Of a DNA stretch of 64,000 nucleotides, positions 1-8,039 are shown piece after piece. A model generated the notes under the pieces. The model was not told where the DNA came from. It ran no database searches and saw nothing but the letters and a program-made list of their open reading frames with translations. A program made the position numbers and the translations under genes. The stretch lies in NCBI GenBank assembly GCA_963752285.1, contig CAVVXN010000005.1:384001-448000 (forward strand). The letters are read 5' to 3'. The first letter of the stretch is position 1, and every line of letters begins with the position of its first letter. This DNA comes from an uncultured Planctomycetota bacterium. GTDB lineage: Bacteria > Planctomycetota > PLA2 > JAEUHO01.

Positions 1-51
1 TCGACCCGCGCCCCGGTGGCGCGGCCGAGAGGTGCCCCGTACCGTCCGGGC

Positions 52-930
52 ATGGAAGGCGGCGCCGAGCGGACGTTCGTCCGGGACCTGGTGGAGGCGC
101 TCTCCCGACGGTCCGTCCCGCGCATGTCCGCCGCGCTCGCGTTCTACGGCGTCTTCGCGGTGCCGCCGCTGCTCGTCGGGGTCCTGCTGGCCGCGGGCGA
201 GGTGTTCGGGTCCACCGAGGCGCAGCTCCAGCTCCTCGCGGAGGTGCATACGCTCTTCGGGGAGGACGCGCGCCGGCTGGTTGCGAGCTTCCTCGAGCAC
301 ATGCCGCGCCCGGGACGGGGGGACCTCCCGACCCAGGCCATGGCCGTGTTCGTCCTCGTGTTCGCCTCCACGAGCGGTTTCACGCACTTGCAGTCGATCT
401 TGAACGACATCTGGGAGAGCCGGCCCGAGCGTCTCCGCCGGCGCTTCGCCCTCAAGGTCGTGAAGCGGTTCCTGTCGTTCGTGCTGGTGCTCGGGTTCTC
501 GATCGCGCTCGTCGGAGCCGCCGCCGGTGGCGTGGCCCTGAACGCCTCGCCGCAGGACCTGGCCCTCATGTTGCCGGCTGCGGTCCGGCCCTACGCCAGC
601 GTGGCGATCGAGCAGGTCCTCTTCGTCCTGCTGGCGTTCGTGTCGTGCGCGATGATCTACGAGGTGCTCCCGGATCGGCGCGTCCCGATCCGGTCCGCGC
701 TCCTCGGCGCCGGCCTCGCCGCCGTGCTCCTCGCGATCGCCCGCGCGATCCTCGCCGTGTACCTCGCGCACACGTGGAGGAGCATGGCGTTCGGAGCCGC
801 GGGGTCGCTCGTCGCGATGTTGCTCGCGTTCTACGTGGCCGCGTTCGTGCTGCTGCTCGGCGCGATCGTGTCGCGGGTGCACGCGGTCCGCCACGAGCCG
901 CCGCCGGAGCTGCCGCTCCCGCCCGGGTGA
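52..930 (+). CDS. YihY/virulence factor BrkB family inner-membrane protein
   Basis: SAALAFYGVFAVPP N-terminal motif, LQSILNDIW, multiple TM helices, FGAAGSLVAMLLAFY. ATG 52 chosen over GTG 16 because TACCGT lies 6 nt upstream. Confidence 0.85.
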   Translation: MEGGAERTFVRDLVEALSRRSVPRMSAALAFYGVFAVPPLLVGVLLAAGEVFGSTEAQLQLLAEVHTLFGEDARRLVASFLEHMPRPGRGDLPTQAMAVFVLVFASTSGFTHLQSILNDIWESRPERLRRRFALKVVKRFLSFVLVLGFSIALVGAAAGGVALNASPQDLALMLPAAVRPYASVAIEQVLFVLLAFVSCAMIYEVLPDRRVPIRSALLGAGLAAVLLAIARAILAVYLAHTWRSMAFGAAGSLVAMLLAFYVAAFVLLLGAIVSRVHAVRHEPPPELPLPPG

Positions 931-938
931 CGCCCCGC

Positions 939-2240
939 CTACGGTCGCTTCGACGTCGCGGCCGCGCGCGCGCGCTCGAGGGCGAGGGACGTGCGGCCCT
1001 CCTGCCCGTGAACGCGGCCGGCCTCCTCCCACGCCGCCGCGTCGAAGAGGTCCTCCTCGAGCGCGAGCTCGACGAGACCGCCCAGCGCGGCGTCCTTCGC
1101 GCCGTGGCGGCGGCGGAGGTCGCGTCGCTCGACGGGGACTTCGATCTCGTCGGCGAGGCTTTCGTCCACGACCACGCGCGCGGCGCCGCCGGGACGAAGA
1201 CGCCCCATGGACCGGAGCTCGGCGAGGCCCTCGGGCGCGGTCACGAGGAGGACGTCGGGCCGTTCCATGCCCGCGAAGTGGATCGGCTCGGGCGCCAACG
1301 TCACCTCGGCGAGCGAGAACCCGCGGCCCTGGGTCACCGGGTTGTCGGTGCGCACGGTCGCCTCGAGGCCCGCCGCGAGCCCGGCGACCGCGAGGAGGCG
1401 CGCCGCCGACTGGACCCGCTCACCCGCACGGCCCGCGACGGCCACGCCGAACCGCCGGTCGAGCCGTGCGCGTCGCGCATCGACCCGGACGGACGGGGGG
1501 AGCGCCGCGTCGTGGTCCCCGGGTCGGTGTCCCGGGGGCACCGGGCGCTCGCGGTCGTCGCCGCGGACGATCCAACCCTCGCCACGCTCGTCGGCCATTC
1601 GTCGAAGCGCCGTGCCCGTCACGCCGCCGAGGCGGGCGGCGAACGTCGGGCAGAGCTCGAGCGCCTCCACCACGGCGAACCCGGGGTGTTGGAGCGCCTC
1701 GGCGAGGAGGTCCGCCAGCCGGTCGCCCGGGACGCGCGCGCGGGCGTAGCGCCGGAGGCCCGCGCCCCCGAGGACGGCCGCGAGGTCCACGGCCGGGACG
1801 GGGCACCCCTCGGGCGTCGTGCTCGTGGCCATGCCCGCCGGCGTGAGCGTCGAGTGCTGCCCGCCCGTCATCCCGTAGAGCAGGTTGTTGTGGAGGAGCA
1901 CGGTCACGTCCACGTCGAGCTGTGCCGCGTGCACGAGGTGCAGCAGTCCGATGCTCGCGCCGCCGTCGCCGAGCAGCACGACGGGCTTCAGGCCCTCGCC
2001 CCGCGCGGCCATCCGGATGCCCGCGGCGATCGCGGTCGAGCGCCCGTGGAGGGTGTGCACCGTGTGGAGAGAGGGGAAGTGGGCGTCCGCGAGGCCCACA
2101 CACCCGATGTCGGTCACGAGGACGATCCGCTCGGCCGGGAGGCCCGCGCGCACCAGTGCGTCGTCGAGCCCGCGGAGCACGTGCGGATGCCCGCACCCGG
2201 GGCAGTAGGGGAGCGGACGCGCGGTGTCGAGGTAGCTCAC
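939..2240 (-). CDS. 2-oxoacid:ferredoxin oxidoreductase beta subunit (TPP-binding) fused to a C-terminal gamma-like domain
   Basis: YCPGCGH, DIGC, HTLHGR, GDGG...NN.YGMTGGQ and ELCP motifs; C-terminal AVAGRAGERVQSAARLLA gamma-type segment. GTG 2240 overlaps the stop of the alpha gene (GTGA). Confidence 0.88.
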   Translation of the reverse strand: MSYLDTARPLPYCPGCGHPHVLRGLDDALVRAGLPAERIVLVTDIGCVGLADAHFPSLHTVHTLHGRSTAIAAGIRMAARGEGLKPVVLLGDGGASIGLLHLVHAAQLDVDVTVLLHNNLLYGMTGGQHSTLTPAGMATSTTPEGCPVPAVDLAAVLGGAGLRRYARARVPGDRLADLLAEALQHPGFAVVEALELCPTFAARLGGVTGTALRRMADERGEGWIVRGDDRERPVPPGHRPGDHDAALPPSVRVDARRARLDRRFGVAVAGRAGERVQSAARLLAVAGLAAGLEATVRTDNPVTQGRGFSLAEVTLAPEPIHFAGMERPDVLLVTAPEGLAELRSMGRLRPGGAARVVVDESLADEIEVPVERRDLRRRHGAKDAALGGLVELALEEDLFDAAAWEEAGRVHGQEGRTSLALERARAAATSKRP

Positions 2241-3376
2241 GTCGCGACCGCCTCCTGGATCGCGGTGGGCGTGATCATCGACCCCACGCGGTTGACGCGC
2301 GTGACGTCGCGCCCCGGGAGCGCATCGCGAACCTCCCTCGCGTACAGTCCCGGGCCGTTCTCCTCGACGACGACGACCCGCTCCCGGCCCTCGGCCGCAC
2401 GGACGAGCGCGCCGACCGGGACGGGGAAGAGCGAGAGGATCTCCAGCAGGTCCACGGGGCGGCCGAGCGCGGCGAGTGCGCGCGCGGCCGCGCGGCACGC
2501 CCGCGCGGAGACGCCGTAGCTCACGAGCACGGTCCGCGAACCTTCGTGGCGCTCGAGGCGCACGCGTTCGAGCGCTTCGCGCCGGTCCTCGATCTTCGCG
2601 ACGAGGTGGCGGAGCTGGCGCAGGGTCTCGGGGTCGTTGCGCCGGAGGCGGCCCTCGGCGTCGTGCGCCGAGCCCGTGACCGTGACCTTCCGCGGACCGC
2701 CCAGCGGCGCGAAGGCGGGGACGTCCCCCGCACGCAGGACCGCGTAGGGCACGAAGCGTCCTTCGCCCGGCGGCGGCCGGGCCGGGACGGCTACGTCCGT
2801 CAGGCGGGCGAGGTCCACCGTCTCCATCGTCTTGCCGACCTCTTTGTCCAGCAGCACGACGACCGGCGTCCGGAGCGACTCGGCGAGGGCGAACGCCTCC
2901 TGGGTCAGCGTGTACGCGTCGTACCCGTCCACGGGCGAGAGCACCGGGAACGGGTAGCCGCCCGACGTCGCGTAGGCGACGAGGGCCACGTCCCCCTGGG
3001 CGCCGGTGGTGGCGCCTCCCGTCGCGGGGCCGAGGCGCTGGGACACGACGACCACGACGGGCGTCTCCGTCATCAGGGCGTACTGGAACGTCTCGATCAT
3101 GAGACACCAGCCCGGGCCCGAGGTCGCGGTCATCGCCCGGGCTCCCGAGAGCGACGCGCCCACCGCGTACGAGAGCGCCGAGATCTCGTCGGGGGCGCCG
3201 ACGGCTACCCCGCCGCGGCCGGGGAGGCGCCGCATCATCTCGGCGTAGATCTCCGAGGCGGGCGTGATGGGGTACCCGCTGAAGAACTCGCAGCCGGCCG
3301 CCAGCGCGCCCGCGGCGACGAGGGCGTTCCCGGCCGCGAGGAGGCGGTGAGGCGGCGGGGAGGGGGTCGGAGCCAT
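2237..3376 (-). CDS. 2-oxoacid:ferredoxin oxidoreductase alpha subunit
   Basis: GN...AAGC.FFSGYPITPASEI, DEI, TATSGPG, ETP.V, QR.GPATG motifs; C-terminal VVVEEN. Confidence 0.92.
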   Translation of the reverse strand: MAPTPSPPPHRLLAAGNALVAAGALAAGCEFFSGYPITPASEIYAEMMRRLPGRGGVAVGAPDEISALSYAVGASLSGARAMTATSGPGWCLMIETFQYALMTETPVVVVVSQRLGPATGGATTGAQGDVALVAYATSGGYPFPVLSPVDGYDAYTLTQEAFALAESLRTPVVVLLDKEVGKTMETVDLARLTDVAVPARPPPGEGRFVPYAVLRAGDVPAFAPLGGPRKVTVTGSAHDAEGRLRRNDPETLRQLRHLVAKIEDRREALERVRLERHEGSRTVLVSYGVSARACRAAARALAALGRPVDLLEILSLFPVPVGALVRAAEGRERVVVVEENGPGLYAREVRDALPGRDVTRVNRVGSMITPTAIQEAVAT

Positions 3377-3492
3377 GGGACTCGGATGCTCGCCCGGGGG
3401 GACGATCGGGCCATGATATCCGTGTCGTCCGATTCCCCGGCGCGGCGCGCGGGCGTCGGGCCGGAGCGCCAGAACACGGGAGACACGCCGTC

Positions 3493-4260
3493 GTGCCCGG
3501 ATCCCGACCCCGCCTGAGCGCCGTGGTGATCACGAAGGAGGAGGCGACGAACCTCCCGGCGTGTCTCGACGCCCTCGCGTTCGCCGACGAGGTCGTCGTC
3601 GTGGACTGCGGGTCCACGGACGGCACGCCCGACCTCGCGCGGGCCCGGGGCGCGCGCGTCGTCGAGACGGACTGGCCCGGCATGATCGCGCAGAAGAACC
3701 GTGCGGTCGCGGCCGCGCGGAACGACTGGGTCCTGTCCGTGGACGCCGACGAGCGGGTGTCGCCGGAGCTTCGCGGGTCCGTCCTCCGGGCCCTCGACGC
3801 GGTCGCGGCGGGCGACGAGGCCGCGGGGTTCGAGATGGCGTGGGCGACGCGGTACCTCGGGCGCGTCGTCCGGAGCGACCGGGGGGGCGCGCGCTGGAAG
3901 CTCCGGCTCTTCGACCGGCGCCGAGGTCGATGGGAGGGAGAGGAGCCGCACGGCCACGTGCGCGTGGACGGACCCGTGCGCCGTCTCGCGGGGCCCCTCC
4001 ACCACGACACCGTGCGCGATCTCGCGCACCACGTCGCGAAGATGAACGCGTACACGGACGCCGCCGCGGAGGCACTGGACCGTGCGGGGCGGGGCGTCTG
4101 GTTCGGGCTCGTCGTTCGTCCGCCCGCCGCGTTCGTCCGCTCGTACGTCGTCCGTGGCGGGTTCCTCGGCGGCGCGCGCGGCCTCGTCGTGGCCGTGATG
4201 GCGGCCGCCTACGTCTTCCTGAAGTACGCCAAGCTCCTCGAGCGGCGCCGCGCCCCTTGA
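3493..4260 (+). CDS. Glycosyltransferase family 2 (WaaE/KdtX-like, LPS-related)
   Basis: LSAVVITKEE, VVVDCGSTDGT, WVLSVDADER, KMNAYT and GGFLGGARG...FLKYAKL tail. Confidence 0.88.
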   Translation: MPGSRPRLSAVVITKEEATNLPACLDALAFADEVVVVDCGSTDGTPDLARARGARVVETDWPGMIAQKNRAVAAARNDWVLSVDADERVSPELRGSVLRALDAVAAGDEAAGFEMAWATRYLGRVVRSDRGGARWKLRLFDRRRGRWEGEEPHGHVRVDGPVRRLAGPLHHDTVRDLAHHVAKMNAYTDAAAEALDRAGRGVWFGLVVRPPAAFVRSYVVRGGFLGGARGLVVAVMAAAYVFLKYAKLLERRRAP

Positions 4261-4282
4261 GACCGGGGGCCGCGGCCCTTCG

Positions 4283-4996
4283 TCACGCGGGGACGGGTGT
4301 CGTCCCGTCCGCGACCTGGTCGAGGAAGGCCAGCACGGCCGCGGTGTCGGAGAGGTCCTCGAGCAGGAGGTCGGGCGCGTGGGGCCGCAGCGCCTCGACG
4401 CCGTACGAGGGCCCCGTGCCGACGGCCAGCGCGCGGCACCCGCTGGAGCGCGCGGCGTCCACGTCGTGCACCGTGTCGCCGACCACGATCGTGCGACGCG
4501 GATCGGCCGGCCTGCCCGTGAGCGCCGTCGCGCGACGCATCGCGACGCCGGGCAGGTGCCGGCGGGTGGGCCCGTCCACACCCCAGGCCGGCACCGGGAA
4601 CCAGGCCGGGTCGATCCCGGCGGCCCGGAGCTTGAGGACGCCGGTCTCGGGGTAGTTGCCGGTGACCAGCCCGAGCGTGGTGCCCGGCCGGTCCCGCAGC
4701 CGGGCGAGGAGCTCCATCACGCCGGGCAAGGGCGCGGCGACGCCCGGCACGGCCAGGCGCGCCTGGAGGCGTTCCCGGTACGCCCGGCGGAACGCGTCGT
4801 GGCGGCGCGCGAAGTCCCGCTCGCCCGAGCCGAGGAGCCCGTCCTGGAAGATCAGCGGGTCGAGCCGTCCGGCGAACTCCACGCCCTCAAAGGAGAAGTG
4901 GGGGCCGACGACCTCGCGTCCCGCCTCCTCCATGGCGTACCGGCCCGCGCCCTTCGAGAGGAGGAGCGTCCCGTCGATGTCGAAGAGGATGAGCAC
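4283..4996 (-). CDS. HAD-superfamily hydrolase (phosphoglycolate phosphatase-like)
   Basis: Motif I FDIDGTLL, motif II VTGN, motif IV VGDTVHDV. GTG start at 4996; ORF track extends to 5308. Confidence 0.88.
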   Translation of the reverse strand: MLILFDIDGTLLLSKGAGRYAMEEAGREVVGPHFSFEGVEFAGRLDPLIFQDGLLGSGERDFARRHDAFRRAYRERLQARLAVPGVAAPLPGVMELLARLRDRPGTTLGLVTGNYPETGVLKLRAAGIDPAWFPVPAWGVDGPTRRHLPGVAMRRATALTGRPADPRRTIVVGDTVHDVDAARSSGCRALAVGTGPSYGVEALRPHAPDLLLEDLSDTAAVLAFLDQVADGTTPVPA

Positions 4997-5126
4997 GCTA
5001 TCGGTTCCGAGCCGGCCATCGTACGCCAGGACGGGGCGCCATACGGGTGCTCGCGCCGCTTGCGCGAACGGGCGCGGCGGCGAACATCGCCCGGGCCGCC
5101 GGGCGGGCCGGCGCGCGGGAGGGCGC

Positions 5127-6125
5127 ATGTCGGCCACGTTGGACCACCTCCGCGTCTTCGAGCGCGGCACCCACGAGCTCCTCCAGCCGGTGGACCTCGA
5201 GGGACTCCGCGCGCACAACCGGACGAAGCCGAAGGCGCTCGTGGACAAGCGCACGACGGAGGCGGAGGCAGTGTCGCGGTACCTCCACGACGGCGTGTAC
5301 CTGGGCATCGAGCTCTACGGGACCGTCCGGTGCCCGATGTCGATCGTGCGCGAGATGATCCGGCAGATCCGCGCCCGCAAGATCGGCGACCTCCGCGTCG
5401 CGGGGCAGGGCTGCCTCGAGCTCGAGCTCCTCGTGAACACGGGCGCGATCGTGGCGAGCGATTGGACGTACACGGGGCTGGAGGTGTACGGCATCTCGCC
5501 CTCCTGGCGGCGCGCCGTCGAGTCGGGGAAGGTCGCTCGCGTGTCCGAGTGGTCGAACGCGGCCCTCGCCTGGCGGTTCAAGGCGGCGGGGATGGGCGTG
5601 CCGTTCCTTCCGGTGCGGGTGATGCAGGGGACCGACACGCTCCGCTGCTCGTCGGCCATGGTGATCGAGGACCCCTACGGCCCCGGGAAGGTCACGCTCG
5701 TCCCGGCGCTGGTCTTGGACCTCGGCGTGATCCACGTGCACCGCGCGGACCGATACGGCAACTGCCAGATCGACGGCGTCTCGGGCTTCGCCCGCGAGAT
5801 GGCCCGCGCGTCGAGGCGGCTGATCGTCTCGGCCGAAGAGATCGTGGACACGGAGGAGATCCGGCGGCACCCCGATCGCACCGTCATCCCGTACTTCCTG
5901 GTGGACGCGGTCGTGGAAGCGCCCTTCGGGAGTCACCCCGGCGAGATGGCGGGGCGTTACGTGCGCGACGAGCCGCACGTGCGCGGCTACTACGAGGCGG
6001 CGAAGGAGGAGGCGCAGGCCCTCGCGTACATGGAGGCGTGGATCTACGACGTGCCGGACCACGCCGCGTACCTCGCGAAGGTCGGGCGGGGCCGTCTGGA
6101 CGAGCTCCGGCTCGCAGGGGACTGA
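5127..6125 (+). CDS. CoA-transferase family I subunit A (glutaconate CoA-transferase GctA-like)
   Basis: EWSNAALAWRFKAAGMGVPFLP, IHVHRADRYGN, IVSAEEIV, VDAVVEAPFGSHP. ATG 5127 with GGAGG RBS. Confidence 0.88.
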   Translation: MSATLDHLRVFERGTHELLQPVDLEGLRAHNRTKPKALVDKRTTEAEAVSRYLHDGVYLGIELYGTVRCPMSIVREMIRQIRARKIGDLRVAGQGCLELELLVNTGAIVASDWTYTGLEVYGISPSWRRAVESGKVARVSEWSNAALAWRFKAAGMGVPFLPVRVMQGTDTLRCSSAMVIEDPYGPGKVTLVPALVLDLGVIHVHRADRYGNCQIDGVSGFAREMARASRRLIVSAEEIVDTEEIRRHPDRTVIPYFLVDAVVEAPFGSHPGEMAGRYVRDEPHVRGYYEAAKEEAQALAYMEAWIYDVPDHAAYLAKVGRGRLDELRLAGD

Positions 6126-6129
6126 CGCG

Positions 6130-6897
6130 ATGGAGCCCCCGCGCTACTCGCCGAACGAGCTCCTGATCACCGTCGCGGCGCGGCTGATGGAGCCCGACAC
6201 GACCGCGTTCATCGGGACGGGCATCCCCATGCTGGCCGCGTCCCTCGCCCAGAAGACGCACGCGAAGACGCTGATGCCGATCTTCGAGTTCGGCGGCATG
6301 GGCGCGCAGCTCGATCGCCTGCCCCTCGCGGTGGGGGACATGTGGACCTCCAACCGAGGCCTCATGGCGGCGGGCATCTGCGACGCGATGGAGTTCGCGC
6401 AGCTCGGCTTCGTGGACTACGGGTTCCTCGGCGGCGCCCAGATCGACCCGTACGGCAACCTCAACTCGACCGTGATCGGCGACCATGCGCACCCGAGGGT
6501 CCGGCTGCCCGGCTCGGGCGGGGCGAACGACGTCGGCTCCTGCTGCTGGCGCACGATCATCCTGATGCAGCACGACCGTCGCCGCTTCCTCGAGACGATC
6601 GACTTCCTCACGACCCCGGGGTACCTCACGGGACCCGGCGCGCGCGAGGCGGCGGGCCTCCCCGCGGGCACGGGGCCGTACCGCGTCGTGACGAACCTCG
6701 CCACGCTCGACTTCCATCCCGAGACGCTCCGCATGCGTCTCGTCGCGTTGAACCCGGGCGTCACGGAGGAGGCGGTCGCGGCCGCCACGGGATTCGAGCT
6801 CCTCGCAGCCGACGAGATCGAGCGTACGCCGCCGCCGACCGACGAGGAGCTCCGGATCCTCCGCGAGGAGGTGGACCGGGAGCGCTTCTACGTCTGA
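6130..6897 (+). CDS. CoA-transferase family I subunit B (GctB-like)
   Basis: FIGTGIP, IFEFGG (candidate catalytic Glu), GFLGGAQIDPYGNLNST, LPGSGGAND, DFLTTPG; adjacent to subunit A. Confidence 0.9.
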   Translation: MEPPRYSPNELLITVAARLMEPDTTAFIGTGIPMLAASLAQKTHAKTLMPIFEFGGMGAQLDRLPLAVGDMWTSNRGLMAAGICDAMEFAQLGFVDYGFLGGAQIDPYGNLNSTVIGDHAHPRVRLPGSGGANDVGSCCWRTIILMQHDRRRFLETIDFLTTPGYLTGPGAREAAGLPAGTGPYRVVTNLATLDFHPETLRMRLVALNPGVTEEAVAAATGFELLAADEIERTPPPTDEELRILREEVDRERFYV

Positions 6898-8039
6898 GCG
6901 CGCGCGGCCTCGAGCAGGCAGGCCGCGGCCTCGTCGACCTCGCGCTCCGTGGTGGGGACGCCGAGCGAGAGGCGGATCGTCGATCGTGCGAGCGCGGGCG
7001 GGACGCCCATCGCCACCAGCACCGTGGAGGCGCGTACGTCGTCGCCGTGGCAGGCGGCGCCCGCGGAGGCCGCGACGCGGTCCTCCACCCGACGGAGGAG
7101 AGCGGACGCGTCCACGCCGACGAAGGCGACGCTCAGCGTGTTCGGGAGGGAGGCTCCCGGGTCGCCGTGTCGTCGGACCTCGAGGTCGCTGGACGACAGC
7201 GCGGCGTAGAGACGCTCGCGCAGGTCCCGGAGGCGCGTCTCGGCCGCGCGCCCGCGTTCGAGCGCCAGGGCGCACGCGCGGCCCAGCCCGACGATCCCGG
7301 GCACGTTTTCGGTTCCCGCGCGCCGACCCGACTCGTGTGCGGCGCCGTAGATCAGCGGCGGGAGGTCGATTCCGGCCCGGACGTAGAGCGCGCCGACGCC
7401 CTTCGGGGCGTAGAGCTTGTGCCCGGCGACGGTCAGGAGGTCCACGTCGAGCGCGCGGACGTCCACCTCCACCTTGCCGACGGACTGCGCGGCGTCGGTG
7501 TGCACCCAGGCGCCGCGCGCGCGCGCCAGTCGGGCGATCTCCGCCACGGGCTGGATCGTCCCGACCTCGTTGTTGGCGTGCATCACGGTCACGAGACGCG
7601 TGTCGTCCTCGATCGACTCCGCGACGCGCGCCGCGTCCACGCGACCCGCTTCGTCCACGCCGACGATGGTCAAACGGGTCCCCTCGCGCGCGAGCGCGCG
7701 GCACGGCGCGAGGACCGCCGGGTGTTCCACCGCGGTCGTGACCACGTGCCCGCCGGGCCGCGCACGCGCGGCGCCGAAGACGGCCTGGTTGTCGGCCTCC
7801 GAGCCCCCGCCCGTGAACACGATCTCCTCGGGGGCCGCGCCCAGGAGCGAGGCCACCTCGGCGCGCGCGCGGTCCACGGCCGCGCGCGCCGCGCGTCCGT
7901 ACCCGTGCGCGCTCGAGGGATTCCCGAAACGGTCCCCGAGGTACGGTCGCATCGCGTCCCGAACGGCGGGATCGATCGGGGTCGTGGCGTTGTGGTCGAG
8001 GTAGATCGGCGCGCGGCCCACCGTCCCCCCCGCGGTCAC
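6888..8039 (-). CDS. Cysteine desulfurase family PLP enzyme (NifS/IscS group I)
   Basis: IYLDHNATTP, GNPSS.H, FTGGGSEADN, HTDAAQ, GHKLYAPKG (PLP Lys), RAGTENV, catalytic ASAGAACH. Confidence 0.92.
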   Translation of the reverse strand: MTAGGTVGRAPIYLDHNATTPIDPAVRDAMRPYLGDRFGNPSSAHGYGRAARAAVDRARAEVASLLGAAPEEIVFTGGGSEADNQAVFGAARARPGGHVVTTAVEHPAVLAPCRALAREGTRLTIVGVDEAGRVDAARVAESIEDDTRLVTVMHANNEVGTIQPVAEIARLARARGAWVHTDAAQSVGKVEVDVRALDVDLLTVAGHKLYAPKGVGALYVRAGIDLPPLIYGAAHESGRRAGTENVPGIVGLGRACALALERGRAAETRLRDLRERLYAALSSSDLEVRRHGDPGASLPNTLSVAFVGVDASALLRRVEDRVAASAGAACHGDDVRASTVLVAMGVPPALARSTIRLSLGVPTTEREVDEAAACLLEAARAQT

